36,672 bases of DNA from a virus (lineage: Duplodnaviria > Caudoviricetes), in IMG/VR virus record IMGVR_UViG_3300030376_003444, positions 1-36,672 of that record. One strand, 5' to 3'. A program made the position numbers and the translations under genes. How positions within the stretch are numbered: position 1 is the stretch's first letter; each line of letters begins with the position of its first letter. This document shows positions 1-10,478 of the stretch, in pieces. Under the pieces are notes generated by a model, which ran no database searches, was not told the origin of the DNA, and saw nothing but the letters and a program-made list of their open reading frames with translations.

Positions 1-903
1 ATTGCTGTCACCAACAACTAATATTCCTGTGCCTGTGTTAGTAATCCATGAGTTAGATCCATCATGGTAAATTTGAAGATCAGCCCCACTTCCCCAAACA
101 GATTTAACATTATCTTTAAGCCAAACTCTATCGTTGGCTGAATCCCACAACCAAAAACGTCCATCGGTATCACCAAAAAACTTAACGTCATGCCCACCTT
201 GATTAACCCCTACTTTTATATCTCCAATTACATGGAGCTTTGCACCCGGCAAGGCCGTGTTAATTCCACAATCTCCATTATTTAATATTGTGAATTTTTC
301 TGCAAATCCAGATTGGTTGTATATCCTGAATCTCCCATCCGATTCAATGACTTGCATGAACACATGACGATTAGTGGTTTTTAAATCTAATCTCGCCGCT
401 GTGCTTGTGCCTACAATTGAGGTAATCGCATCTGCACCTCCAGTAAAAGTAGCAGAACCGTTATTTGATCCATCTAAAGTTAAAGCAGTCTTAACAGTGC
501 CACCGTCCTTGATCTTAAAAAGAATATCTTTGTCATCAATAGGGTTCTGAATAACAAAATCGCTGGAGGAGTTTTGTAAAATTCCAAATCTAAGACCATC
601 ATCTTTTAGACTAATTGTATCGCCACCAGCGTCTAAAACAATTCCATCAGCGGAGTCTATTATGAAGTCGCTAGTTGAGGCGATTGTTCCACCGATAGTT
701 AAAGTGCCACTAAGTGTTGCTCCAGTTGCGGTTAATGCTCCACTAAGTGTGCCGTTAAAAGCTGGGTTTAAATGTATGACACCGTTGCCAGCAGTGTTGC
801 CAACCCATAGATTTCCGTTAGCGGTATTAACTGCAAGTTCACCCGCAACTAAAGAACTAGGTGTGCCGCTTGCAGCATTCTTAATCTTTATGGTGTTTGA
901 CAT
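1..903 (-). CDS. Tail fibre protein, truncated at window edge (absent from ORF track)
   Basis: Hand-translated: ATG at 903, open to position 1 (MSNTIKIKNAASGTPSSLVAGELAVNTANGNLWVG...GDCGINTALPGAKLHVNGD...DNVKSVWGSGADLQIYHDGSNSWI). G/T/N-rich fibre-type repeats; lies after the gp17-like gene. Confidence 0.85.
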   Translation of the reverse strand, partial: MSNTIKIKNAASGTPSSLVAGELAVNTANGNLWVGNTAGNGVIHLNPAFNGTLSGALTATGATLSGTLTIGGTIASTSDFIIDSADGIVLDAGGDTISLKDDGLRFGILQNSSSDFVIQNPIDDKDILFKIKDGGTVKTALTLDGSNNGSATFTGGADAITSIVGTSTAARLDLKTTNRHVFMQVIESDGRFRIYNQSGFAEKFTILNNGDCGINTALPGAKLHVIGDIKVGVNQGGHDVKFFGDTDGRFWLWDSANDRVWLKDNVKSVWGSGADLQIYHDGSNSWITNTGTGILVVGDSN

Positions 904-1701
904 TTAACTGAAAGTGCCACCGTCTATTGTCTTATTTGTTAAAGTTTGAGTTGCATCAATTGTACAGACACTAGTTGTATCTATAGATAACGTAACTGCT
1001 GTATTTGAGCGTGATCCTGTGATACCAGAACCGCCGATAATATCTAAAGTAGCTCCTGACGCTACAGCAGCAGTAGCACCTCCGTCTGCTGAGACATTAA
1101 ATGTGTAATTATTAGCACTAGATGCAATCCCATCAAGTTTTGTCCCGTCAGTTTGTAGATTACGCCCATCAACAGTGCCTGAAACGATGATATTACCAGT
1201 AACATCCCAATCTTTGTTTACTGTCCATTTATCTCCTGTTTCTTCATACAGAATTTTTTTCTCATCATTTGCAGTTCCTTTAGCTATTATTCCTGCACCG
1301 TCTATTAAAGTATCTGTTTGTGTTGTCCCTGAGACTTGTCCTAGTTCTAAAGTCTTATCTTCTACAGTTACAGTAGCTACATTAGCAGTAATAGTATCTC
1401 CAGAAACAGTTAAGTTACCTGAAACAGTTAGATCACCGCTTATAGTTGGACTAGCTGGAATCCCGATCTGCCATTGAGACGCTGTTTCTGTTACTTCTAT
1501 TTCTAAACTAGTACCTACAATCGGTTTGTTAAGAAGTTCTTCTGTAACGGTTGCTGGATTGTTGTTATCCCTTTGAGACCCAATCCATAGTTTACCTCCA
1601 TTACCATTGTTATTATTCCAACCTAATTCACCGTAAGCTAGTGCAGTTGGATTACCCGTTGCTGTATATGTATTTCGTTTTAGTTGTATTAGATTAGACA
1701 T
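904..1701 (-). CDS. Tail fibre segment / accessory fibre protein
   Basis: 265 aa; N-terminal IQLKR...LAYGELG...KLWIG motif; GDLTVSGNLTVSG beta repeats; VDGRNLQTDGTKLDGI and TQTLTNKTIDGG motifs typical of fibres. Confidence 0.8.
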   Translation of the reverse strand: MSNLIQLKRNTYTATGNPTALAYGELGWNNNNGNGGKLWIGSQRDNNNPATVTEELLNKPIVGTSLEIEVTETASQWQIGIPASPTISGDLTVSGNLTVSGDTITANVATVTVEDKTLELGQVSGTTQTDTLIDGAGIIAKGTANDEKKILYEETGDKWTVNKDWDVTGNIIVSGTVDGRNLQTDGTKLDGIASSANNYTFNVSADGGATAAVASGATLDIIGGSGITGSRSNTAVTLSIDTTSVCTIDATQTLTNKTIDGGTFS

Positions 1702-2276
1702 TAGTATCCTCCTGCGTAAACTCCTCCATCAATTGTTTTAGTAAAAATCTCTTGTACATTCTGGGTTCCTACTGCATCTCCTTCAATTCCTAATGCAGTT
1801 TTTATTGCTTCTGCTGTATCTAGCGAACTACTTCCTGATCCGCTTGTGCCTATAAGTGCATTAGTGTCTGCAAGATCATCTTCTATTTCCTGCTCTCTGA
1901 ATAGGCTATACTTGTTGCTGTTGTCAAGGTCAGCTTCAGTTAATGGTGATCCTGCTTGGAAATCTACAAAGTGTGTTAGCTTTGGTGTGGCACGTTTAAT
2001 AAACAAACGGTATCGCTTATCAACTGCTAGGTTGTTAATTGTGATTACTCCTGACTCCAACGTAAAGTCGTTGTTCAATGTGTACCGATCTGCTGTTCCT
2101 GATGCTACATCAGCTTGAAACTGAGCCATCGTTTGATCTGATTTAGATGCATAGACTTCTAGATGATACGGATCAAGATACCCAAAGTTAGTGTTACTTG
2201 GGTTAGCTATTGTATGCGTTAAAACACCAGAGTTAACTGGAGTATCTTCTGTAGCGTAATAACGTGAGAAAGCCAT
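1701..2276 (-). CDS. Short T7 gp17-like tail-fibre N-terminal anchor (adaptor)
   Basis: KRATP...VDFQAGSPLTEADLD...EQE resembles the T7 gp17 N-terminal domain; follows the gp16-like gene via a TAATG overlap; only 191 aa. Confidence 0.85.
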   Translation of the reverse strand: MAFSRYYATEDTPVNSGVLTHTIANPSNTNFGYLDPYHLEVYASKSDQTMAQFQADVASGTADRYTLNNDFTLESGVITINNLAVDKRYRLFIKRATPKLTHFVDFQAGSPLTEADLDNSNKYSLFREQEIEDDLADTNALIGTSGSGSSSLDTAEAIKTALGIEGDAVGTQNVQEIFTKTIDGGVYAGGY

Positions 2277-5200
2277 TAAGTTCTAATAAGGTCTAAAATT
2301 TGATTTTTAACAGTAGCATCAAATGCACGTGTTGCATTCATTAAATCAGGGAATTCTCTTAAAGTCTGTGCTTTTGCAGAGGCCCTGAATTTAGCCATGA
2401 TTGACTTAATTGATTTTATACGTGGATCACGGTAAGTGCCTTCAAACTGTAAAACTCCTCGTTGAGCCAGTAATGACGCACGTTCATAATGTTTAGTTTT
2501 GTACAATTTCTTTAAGGCATCTCTAAGCGTCATTCCTCCTGATGTTTTTGTTTCTCCTATTAATTCTTGATACCGATCAAATGCTGATCTTCCTGTTTTT
2601 TTATCGTAGTACCTACGCATATCAAGATATTTACTTCCTTTTATACGAGGAGATGGTGCTCCAAAACCGTAGCCAAGGCTTGCAAGTTCTTCTAGCACTG
2701 GGTCATTTTTAGCTTTAGATATAAGAAACGGACTAAAACCTGACGCCCATACTGTAGGTGCGTACATTGCTTCCAGAGGTTCGCCTAAATAATTACGCAT
2801 AGGTTCTATAAACTGGTTGGCAAAAGGAACTTTAGATGTAATGCCCTCAAGTAATGAATATGTTTTTTTCACATAAGCATCATCAGTGATTGGAGTCCAT
2901 TGTGAAATGATTTTAGGAATATAAGCTGTCCCTTGTCGTTTCACTAAACCTTCAAACTCATGTTCTGGGTCTATTAACGCCTGTAAAACATTATTAATTC
3001 CAGCTAGATAACTTTTATCTGCTATGTTGTTCGAGATTGAGTAAGCACCTCCAAGCATTATTGCCTGTAGCCAACTGTCTTCAATATCACCGTCTCTTCC
3101 TAATTCTGCTGTTTTTTCATAAAGATCAGCAGCGAGTCCCATAACAGAAGCAAAAGGATCAAGGCGAGAATAGCTAATGTATTTATCACCTACTTTAACA
3201 GAATAAGGACGCCATCCAGTAGCCATGAGATTTCTACGTTCTCTAGGATTAGATGGACCACCTCCTGTTATAGTTCCTGTGTGTGCAGCAGCCGCAAAAC
3301 CAAACCAATAGAAACGACCTGCAGCTACACGGCCTTTTGCTTGTGCTTTCCGCAAAGGATCACCACTAGCCATGTCTGCTTGGTATCTCTGATTAAGATT
3401 CTTAAGCCATTGTATATCTGTTCCTGCTGTAGGTAACCGTTGTAGAGGCCACTTTAGAAGGTTAACAGGGGTCCTAATGAAAGGCATCAAGAGTCGCATC
3501 CAAGGATGTGCGTGTACCATGTCTTGTGTATCTTGCAACCATGATCTCTTTCCTTTCTTAACTAGTCCGTGTTCCTGTAATTCTTTTAGATCAGCATCTA
3601 ATGAACGAGTAAATGTAACGTCTTCAGCGTAATCCATTGAATACTTAGACACTTCTTCCAGCTTGCCACGTTGATGTTGTTTTCTGTATTGGTCTATAAA
3701 ATCCTCTTGAGTTATTTCAAAAGGTTGCATGTTTTTTTGGGCTGACTCTGCCATCTTTTGGTGAGCAGTAATAGCTTCTTCTCTGATTGCTTTGTTAGAA
3801 TAGCGAGCACCAGAAGCACGTATAAGTCCGTGAAAATGTGTGCCTACATAATCAGCTATGTAATCCGAAGAAATATTTTTAGGTTTAATTCCTTGTTCTA
3901 TAGCTACTTCATAAGCGTCAGACGCAAGGCGTCCCATTGCACTTGCTCTAAAGCTAATCTGTTTAAATAACTCATCACTTCCAATCATCAAACGACTAGG
4001 TAGCCGTATAATGTTTCCTGCAAAATCCATGAAATCTTTTGCAGTTTCAGTAGCACCTTCACTGAGTAAATTACGTGATATTGCTTTTGGAGGAGTTACG
4101 TCAAATAAATCAGAACCTTTTGTCAACGTACCTTCTCCAGTTCGTAACGCTTTACGTGCACCTGCAACTGCTCCTAATGCTTGTTGATATGTATCAGTAG
4201 TTTTTCCTGACCCTCCTTTAAAGATATCTTCACGATTACTTAGGTATTTATCTTCATCAATAATTCTGCTGATTTTCTTAATTTTATTGAGACCTAATTT
4301 GCCAATTACACGGGTAACTTGAGCGTTAATCATTGCTGTTTCAACTAATGATTTTGAAAACGCTTTTCGAGTCTGTGGATCACGTATGCCACCTAGAAGA
4401 CCTTCTAGTGGTTTATAGTACATGTGCAATCCTGTAGAGAGCATGTTGACAACTTGTGTCTTTGTCCCACTTAAGATTGAGTTAAGCCAGTACTCATTGT
4501 GAACATCAATCCAGTTCGTTGTTTTTGTAAGGTGATCTGAAGCAGCAGCAGCCCCATCTAATCCGTTGTCTGCTCCGTCAAAAATAGCGTCAGCCCGTTG
4601 AGCATGTTTTTTAATGTTGTTTAATCCTCCACGTGCATTCAACAGTTGTCCTGCTTCTATTCCTGTCATTGAACTGTCGTTGAAATCACGCCACGCTCTA
4701 AGAATACGCCCAGAAGACCTTCTTAGTTTTTGCATGTTTTCAATCTTGGCTGCTTGTTTTTCCATTTCGACCAAGTAATTGTTTACTAAAGCTTTACCTT
4801 CTTTGGTGGTTTGAAGAACTTTAATATCTGTATCAGCAATTTGTTTAGAAAGTTGCCTGTAACGTTTCATGCCTATGGCTTGTTCCATACGGTATGCCAT
4901 AATTCGCACATTAAGTTCTTTAGCTACATTAACATCCATTTGACGCGAATGGTCTAATACTTCGTCAGCACTTAGGTTATGGTAAAAACGTTTGTGACTT
5001 CCTCTACCTTTAATAAGCCTGTGCAACACATGCCTAGGTTTCAACCCAGTTCCGTCTGCAAAATCATCTAGTGAATCAAAAAGATGTTCTTCTAAAATAT
5101 CTGCAGGAGTCATGCCTTTAGTGTCATGTAAAAATCCTACAGCTTTTGCCAAAGAGTCTGCATCAGTTTGTTTTGCTATATTTTGTCCATAATGGTGCAT

Positions 5201-6874
5201 GAAAAAACTCATGAACCTTCCTTGGAAATAACGCATCCCTTGATCAGAATAAACAGTATCCAAGCGTAATACATGTTCAGCTTGTTTAAGTATGGCTTGA
5301 GGAGTTGACCCTTTGATTTCCCCTTTAAGCATTTGAACAAGTTTCTTGCCTCCTGCTGCTTGACCTTCGTTAAACAACAAAGCGGAATCTCTTTCAGACA
5401 ACTTTAAATGTTTTAATTTTGCAGGTGCATCAAACTCGTACTTGTAAAAATGTCCCAGACCTTTTCGTTTGGCTTCGTTTACTGCATGCAACTCAAGTCG
5501 TTGTTGATAAGCTTTATCAGTTTCCTTTTTTAACTGAGGGAAGTATTGCCTAGCACGTTCTTTTTCAATGAGATACTTTTGGTAATCATCAACAGTGTCA
5601 AAAATATCACTAGCGTTAAAACGGTTGTCTCCTGTAAATTTATCTAAATCTTGAGTAGACAATTTAAACTCTCGTTGAATTAGAGGTTTGTTGAATTTTA
5701 TAGTGTTCTCTTCAAACACAGTACGAACTCCCTCTTTAAAAGTAAGCCCTTCAACTACTTTGAAAGATGTTGTACGTGATGCAGGAGGGTTGACGTACAC
5801 ATTAGGATTTACCCCACGTGTTGTTGTTGCATCAGTGACTAACCCTTCATCAGCAACATCAGGTACAATATTTGTATCACGTTGTTCGACATCACTAAGG
5901 TTACTTGGCTTTCCATTTTCTGCTGCTTCACGTGCAGATAACTCAGCATCAATAAGTGTGTCTTTAGACTTTGATAATTGAGCATGAGCTTCACGTTCTT
6001 GTTGAGTTAAGACATCAGAAGTAATGCCTTCAGAAGCTTCTTCAGTAGCATCAGCACCTGCGGCTCCCATCTTATCTTTACCGCGAGTAGCTTTACGGAG
6101 CATTTTGTCAGTTTCTCCAGTAGCTGCTCTCCAAGCTGCTCCTGCTCCTGCCATTAAAAAGTTAGCAGCAGCACCTAACAATGCACCTTCTGCAGCAAAT
6201 CCTAAACGTCCCTTTAAGTTCTTTGCAAAAATACTGCCTGCTTCTTCCGTAGACAGTGAACCAAAGTCATCTCGCTGTGTGACTTCATCATAAGCCGCTT
6301 TCCATTCAGGGTTGTCCTCAAAAAAAGAACTAGTAAGAAGTTGTTCATCTTGCCCTCGGAACGCAAGTAACTCAGCTATTCCTCCTCTAAAAGCACCTTG
6401 TTTAGCTATGTTCCAAGCTCCTTTTGCTGTACGTGCTTTCCCTCCTCTTCTGCCACTTGCCTTTAATTGACGTTTTCTAAGTTCTTTAACGCCCAAACCT
6501 AGAGTGCTTTTAGTCCCTTTAATTATAGGACCCCCCATTAAAAGTCCTGTACCTAGTTGAGCTAAATCTTCAATGACTTGAAACAGAGTACTTTCAGGGT
6601 TATCTTCAATGTAGTCTGAAAACGTAGCCCAACGTTCCTCTCTGCCTGCCATATCAGGGGCAAAGTTAATTGTACTTTCAGCAGCTTTAAGTGTTCCTTT
6701 TCCTATGGCTTTATACGCATTCTCATACCACGAACGGTTTCGCATGAGATGTTGTTTATAACCTTCATTCATTTCGCTATTGGGCATTCTATTTACCATG
6801 TCCTGTAGCTGTGCCCCATAGCGATCCATGTCGGATTGCGACTTATTTTTTCTATATATTGTTCCTACTGCCAT
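2276..6874 (-). CDS. Internal virion protein, gp16-like
   Basis: 1532 aa; position; C-terminal MPFIRTPVN, ITGGGP, GWRPYS, ISYSRLDP motifs seen in large internal virion proteins of T7-like phages. Confidence 0.8.
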   Translation of the reverse strand: MAVGTIYRKNKSQSDMDRYGAQLQDMVNRMPNSEMNEGYKQHLMRNRSWYENAYKAIGKGTLKAAESTINFAPDMAGREERWATFSDYIEDNPESTLFQVIEDLAQLGTGLLMGGPIIKGTKSTLGLGVKELRKRQLKASGRRGGKARTAKGAWNIAKQGAFRGGIAELLAFRGQDEQLLTSSFFEDNPEWKAAYDEVTQRDDFGSLSTEEAGSIFAKNLKGRLGFAAEGALLGAAANFLMAGAGAAWRAATGETDKMLRKATRGKDKMGAAGADATEEASEGITSDVLTQQEREAHAQLSKSKDTLIDAELSAREAAENGKPSNLSDVEQRDTNIVPDVADEGLVTDATTTRGVNPNVYVNPPASRTTSFKVVEGLTFKEGVRTVFEENTIKFNKPLIQREFKLSTQDLDKFTGDNRFNASDIFDTVDDYQKYLIEKERARQYFPQLKKETDKAYQQRLELHAVNEAKRKGLGHFYKYEFDAPAKLKHLKLSERDSALLFNEGQAAGGKKLVQMLKGEIKGSTPQAILKQAEHVLRLDTVYSDQGMRYFQGRFMSFFMHHYGQNIAKQTDADSLAKAVGFLHDTKGMTPADILEEHLFDSLDDFADGTGLKPRHVLHRLIKGRGSHKRFYHNLSADEVLDHSRQMDVNVAKELNVRIMAYRMEQAIGMKRYRQLSKQIADTDIKVLQTTKEGKALVNNYLVEMEKQAAKIENMQKLRRSSGRILRAWRDFNDSSMTGIEAGQLLNARGGLNNIKKHAQRADAIFDGADNGLDGAAAASDHLTKTTNWIDVHNEYWLNSILSGTKTQVVNMLSTGLHMYYKPLEGLLGGIRDPQTRKAFSKSLVETAMINAQVTRVIGKLGLNKIKKISRIIDEDKYLSNREDIFKGGSGKTTDTYQQALGAVAGARKALRTGEGTLTKGSDLFDVTPPKAISRNLLSEGATETAKDFMDFAGNIIRLPSRLMIGSDELFKQISFRASAMGRLASDAYEVAIEQGIKPKNISSDYIADYVGTHFHGLIRASGARYSNKAIREEAITAHQKMAESAQKNMQPFEITQEDFIDQYRKQHQRGKLEEVSKYSMDYAEDVTFTRSLDADLKELQEHGLVKKGKRSWLQDTQDMVHAHPWMRLLMPFIRTPVNLLKWPLQRLPTAGTDIQWLKNLNQRYQADMASGDPLRKAQAKGRVAAGRFYWFGFAAAAHTGTITGGGPSNPRERRNLMATGWRPYSVKVGDKYISYSRLDPFASVMGLAADLYEKTAELGRDGDIEDSWLQAIMLGGAYSISNNIADKSYLAGINNVLQALIDPEHEFEGLVKRQGTAYIPKIISQWTPITDDAYVKKTYSLLEGITSKVPFANQFIEPMRNYLGEPLEAMYAPTVWASGFSPFLISKAKNDPVLEELASLGYGFGAPSPRIKGSKYLDMRRYYDKKTGRSAFDRYQELIGETKTSGGMTLRDALKKLYKTKHYERASLLAQRGVLQFEGTYRDPRIKSIKSIMAKFRASAKAQTLREFPDLMNATRAFDATVKNQILDLIRT

Positions 6875-6881
6875 TGTACTT

Positions 6882-9800
6882 TTATTTATTTTCAGGGCCT
6901 ATTAAATGAGGGATGGGAAGAGGTGTAATACCAAAGTGATTTTCAGCCTTAAAACGATTTTGGAAATAACCTTTTTCAGCAATTAGTAATTTATTATACA
7001 TTCTAGCTAACTCAGGGAATTTTTTTGACATCGTAGGTTGCTTTGCATCTGGTATGAAAAGAAGTCGATATTCCCAATGCTTTTGACGTTCTTGAAGTCT
7101 TTCGTATTTTTCAGGTGTAATTAATTCATATCTGTTTAATCCTTTTTCATCAAAAAAACCATCTTGTGGTGATGTAATAGGATTCATTATGCCAATGTCT
7201 ATTAAGGCTAATTCTTGTGCAATAACTTGATAAGGTTTTGCTTTTGTTTCTTTTTCGTCATAAATGTCACTTCTATCTCTATCTAAATAAATAGCACCTC
7301 GCATTGCTTTTATTTCATACCATCGGTCATTCACTTCTCCACCAGTTAATGCATCACGTAACTTAAGAAATTCCGTGTTGGTAAGCCCTTCTTCAATGTT
7401 ATACTTACCTCCAATTACATCCTGATTTTGTTCGTAATTTCCTTTAACCCATTCTTTAACTTCCTCATTATATTGGACGCCTTCAAACTTACTAACGTCT
7501 GAGTTTATGTAAGATTCAATTGCTTGATCTTCAATACTTTTACGAACTTCAGTAGGTAATAAATGTGTATGTCTTGAGTGTATCAGACCCGCTTGTTTTC
7601 CCATTAAAGAACGATAGGCAGCGTGAGCGTTCTTACGCACTGCAGGTTCAGCAGCTAGTAAGTCAAAGCCATGTGTTTTTCTAATAAACTCTGCATGTGT
7701 TTTGACATTGTCGGGAGCAGTTGAAGGGTCAATAACTTCGTTTTCTCCACCTTGTTCTTTTTCCCAAGCATCTAGAGATTCAGCTACACCTGATATTTCT
7801 TTTAAAGATGAATACACTAAAGTGTTGTTAAGATTTATTTGGTCTTCCTCTAACTTAAAAGTAACCTTCATGTTCTGACCCTCAGTAGGAAACTCAAGTA
7901 CTTGACCTTCTTCTGTATTTAGTTTTTTCCAATCTAAGGGATCAAAAGCTTTGGTAAAATTTTTATATAATTCTTTAGCTGTAGCCAGATTAGCAATATG
8001 ACGCCTTTGTTCAGTAAGTGTGTCTCTTTGTTCTGACTTTCTGAGTTCATTAGCTGCGTTGTAAATATCAAGTTGAAGTCGATTTCTGTTCTGGTCTAAA
8101 TCCCGTCGAACTGCTTCAAGGTTAGAATACCTTTGTAGTCCTTTAGGGCCTGCAAAAAATTGTGCAGATTTACTAGCGTCAAGTTTTTCAGGGTCTTCCA
8201 TTTTTCCTGCTCCATAAATAGGATCAGTGTTGTATTGCCTTTCTAGTTCATCAAAATTTTCCAGTATATTTATGTTGTCATCTGATAACTGTGTCTGTAA
8301 ACGCTCACGTTGTAATTCACCTGCTTGGTCACTGCGGCTTAAGGCTTCTTCATAATAAGTTAAAAGTGCTGTTTTTTCAGCCGTGAGTTGGTCTATAGTT
8401 TTTTTCTGTGTTTCCCCTTGAATCCTTGATGCCCATAAATTTTCACGTTCTTGAGGCGGTATGTTATCAAGGGCTTCTGTAGTGTTTGCTCTTAGCTGTG
8501 TTTCAAGTTGATGTGTAAATCTAGCAACAGCATGTTTAGCTGCCATGATCTTATCGTTTTCTTTAAAATTCTGCTGAAACCCTCCTTCATCAGGGGATAG
8601 CCTAGCTAATCCTAGTATTGTTGCTATTTCACTGCCTGCGTCTGAAGCAAGGACTGTAGTGACCATGTTGTTTACATCTCTGTCAGCTACTGTGTAGAAC
8701 GCATTCAGATCGGCAAATTTGTTTAAGTCATCAATAGCAGTATTTATATCAGCTTCTAAATCTGTGTCATCTATTTCATCTACTACATCTTGAAGTTGTG
8801 ACGCCATGCCTATCCAATCACTGGCAGAATATTCACCAGAGTTTTCAGGATTCATTGCTTCTCTAAATTGATGTAACATTGATCTTCCTAACGTTATTCC
8901 TCCATTTTGAAGTTTAGTTGTAACGGCAGATTGAAGGACGTTTCTGAAGAGAAGGGCATCTGATTCAACACTTGGATTGTTTTTAAACACAGCGGCTTTC
9001 ATGTCATCCATGTTAAAAAATGTGTAGACAACATCGTGCACTACTTCGTCAATACTTTTGTCTGTATCTCCTATGTATTTTTCAACAGCAGGAAGAAGAG
9101 GTTCAATTAATGGGATAGCCTGTTGATTGGCTATTTCTGTTAGATCAGCTATTAAGGCTTCTTTTGCTCCTGCTTTCGCTTTTCCATAGGCTGAACGATT
9201 TTGTAATAGTGTTGTTTGGACAGCCCTAACTGCATCTGCAAATATGTAGTCTGAAGTTTGATCAGCTTCTTTTTTAGTCATCCTGAGATCAGGGTGCTGT
9301 GAAAGAGCGTCGGCTATTTTGTATATGTTTTTCTGTTCAAAAATATCTAAGCCATACACTTTTTTATCTTTTAGGTAATCAATGTTTTCTTCCTTCCATT
9401 GATCGTAGTTACCTAACACAGATAAAACTTTTTGGTTAACTTTTCGTATTCTTCGATTTTGTTGGTTATCCTTATAAGTCGCAGCGTCCTGTTCTGTTTT
9501 TGCTATTTCACTCCAGATGGCTTCTAGAGTTTGTGATCCCGCTCGTTTACTTATATCTGCATACTTGGCAAACATTTGGGTTCTTCCTCCATTACCGTTA
9601 TCACGGGTCATGCTTGTGACTTTGCTCCAAGCTGCTGCTAGGTTTAATTCATTGTCAGGATCAGAAGCCATATCAAGGAACACAGGCAGGATTACTTCGT
9701 CCATAACTGATTGTGCATATCCTAGTTTATCTTCAGGGAAGCCTCCAAATTTTTTACCTAAAAATGATCTGAAATCATTTAATCCTTTTCTGATGTCAGG

Positions 9801-10478
9801 CGATTGTAAGGCAAACGCAAGTTGATTTCTGCCGTCTTCAAAAAAAGATTCTTTAATACTGACTTCTCGTCGTGCTCTGTTTTCTCCCTCAAATTCTGCA
9901 ATTAGTCTGTCTCTGTTTTTAATCCACGCAGGAGCATATCCAGTTTCCCAATAGTACCCAACTTTAGGGTCTTCTTGTTTTCTAGGCTCAGGAGTATATT
10001 TTTTATTAATCAGATCAACAGCATCATTAGAAAAGTCAGTACTTGTTTTAGCAAGGTTACTGATGTCAGCTAAAAATTCAGGATCACTATGGATTCTGCT
10101 TACATCACGTTCAGCAAAGTTAGCTCCTGTGCTTATGATCTCATGTTTAAAAATAGCAGGATTACTATAGATATTATTAGGTGCACCTGCTTTTTGTAGT
10201 TGTCTCTTGATGGCTACCTCTTGGTCAGTAACGCCTTTTTCTAGCTCATCATAATAAGCAGCAGCTTCTTCAGAAGTCATTTGCTGACGCACTGCACCAT
10301 ATTGCCCTAACACTGGGTTAAATCTTCTAAGAGAATCTGAAAGTTGTGCTAATGGATTAGGCCCAACTGGAGGCCCTGAAGCTCCTACGATGTTGTAACG
10401 TGCTGCATTACCTACTGGAGTAGTTTTAGGTATTCCAATTGAATCGACGGGAGGAGTTATTCTACGTTTAGCTGCCAT
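6882..10478 (-). CDS. Internal virion protein, gp15-like
   Basis: 1198 aa helical-type protein between the gp14-like and gp16-like genes; N-terminal LAQLSDSLRRFNPVL segment. Called mainly by synteny. Confidence 0.65.
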   Translation of the reverse strand: MAAKRRITPPVDSIGIPKTTPVGNAARYNIVGASGPPVGPNPLAQLSDSLRRFNPVLGQYGAVRQQMTSEEAAAYYDELEKGVTDQEVAIKRQLQKAGAPNNIYSNPAIFKHEIISTGANFAERDVSRIHSDPEFLADISNLAKTSTDFSNDAVDLINKKYTPEPRKQEDPKVGYYWETGYAPAWIKNRDRLIAEFEGENRARREVSIKESFFEDGRNQLAFALQSPDIRKGLNDFRSFLGKKFGGFPEDKLGYAQSVMDEVILPVFLDMASDPDNELNLAAAWSKVTSMTRDNGNGGRTQMFAKYADISKRAGSQTLEAIWSEIAKTEQDAATYKDNQQNRRIRKVNQKVLSVLGNYDQWKEENIDYLKDKKVYGLDIFEQKNIYKIADALSQHPDLRMTKKEADQTSDYIFADAVRAVQTTLLQNRSAYGKAKAGAKEALIADLTEIANQQAIPLIEPLLPAVEKYIGDTDKSIDEVVHDVVYTFFNMDDMKAAVFKNNPSVESDALLFRNVLQSAVTTKLQNGGITLGRSMLHQFREAMNPENSGEYSASDWIGMASQLQDVVDEIDDTDLEADINTAIDDLNKFADLNAFYTVADRDVNNMVTTVLASDAGSEIATILGLARLSPDEGGFQQNFKENDKIMAAKHAVARFTHQLETQLRANTTEALDNIPPQERENLWASRIQGETQKKTIDQLTAEKTALLTYYEEALSRSDQAGELQRERLQTQLSDDNINILENFDELERQYNTDPIYGAGKMEDPEKLDASKSAQFFAGPKGLQRYSNLEAVRRDLDQNRNRLQLDIYNAANELRKSEQRDTLTEQRRHIANLATAKELYKNFTKAFDPLDWKKLNTEEGQVLEFPTEGQNMKVTFKLEEDQINLNNTLVYSSLKEISGVAESLDAWEKEQGGENEVIDPSTAPDNVKTHAEFIRKTHGFDLLAAEPAVRKNAHAAYRSLMGKQAGLIHSRHTHLLPTEVRKSIEDQAIESYINSDVSKFEGVQYNEEVKEWVKGNYEQNQDVIGGKYNIEEGLTNTEFLKLRDALTGGEVNDRWYEIKAMRGAIYLDRDRSDIYDEKETKAKPYQVIAQELALIDIGIMNPITSPQDGFFDEKGLNRYELITPEKYERLQERQKHWEYRLLFIPDAKQPTMSKKFPELARMYNKLLIAEKGYFQNRFKAENHFGITPLPIPHLIGPENK

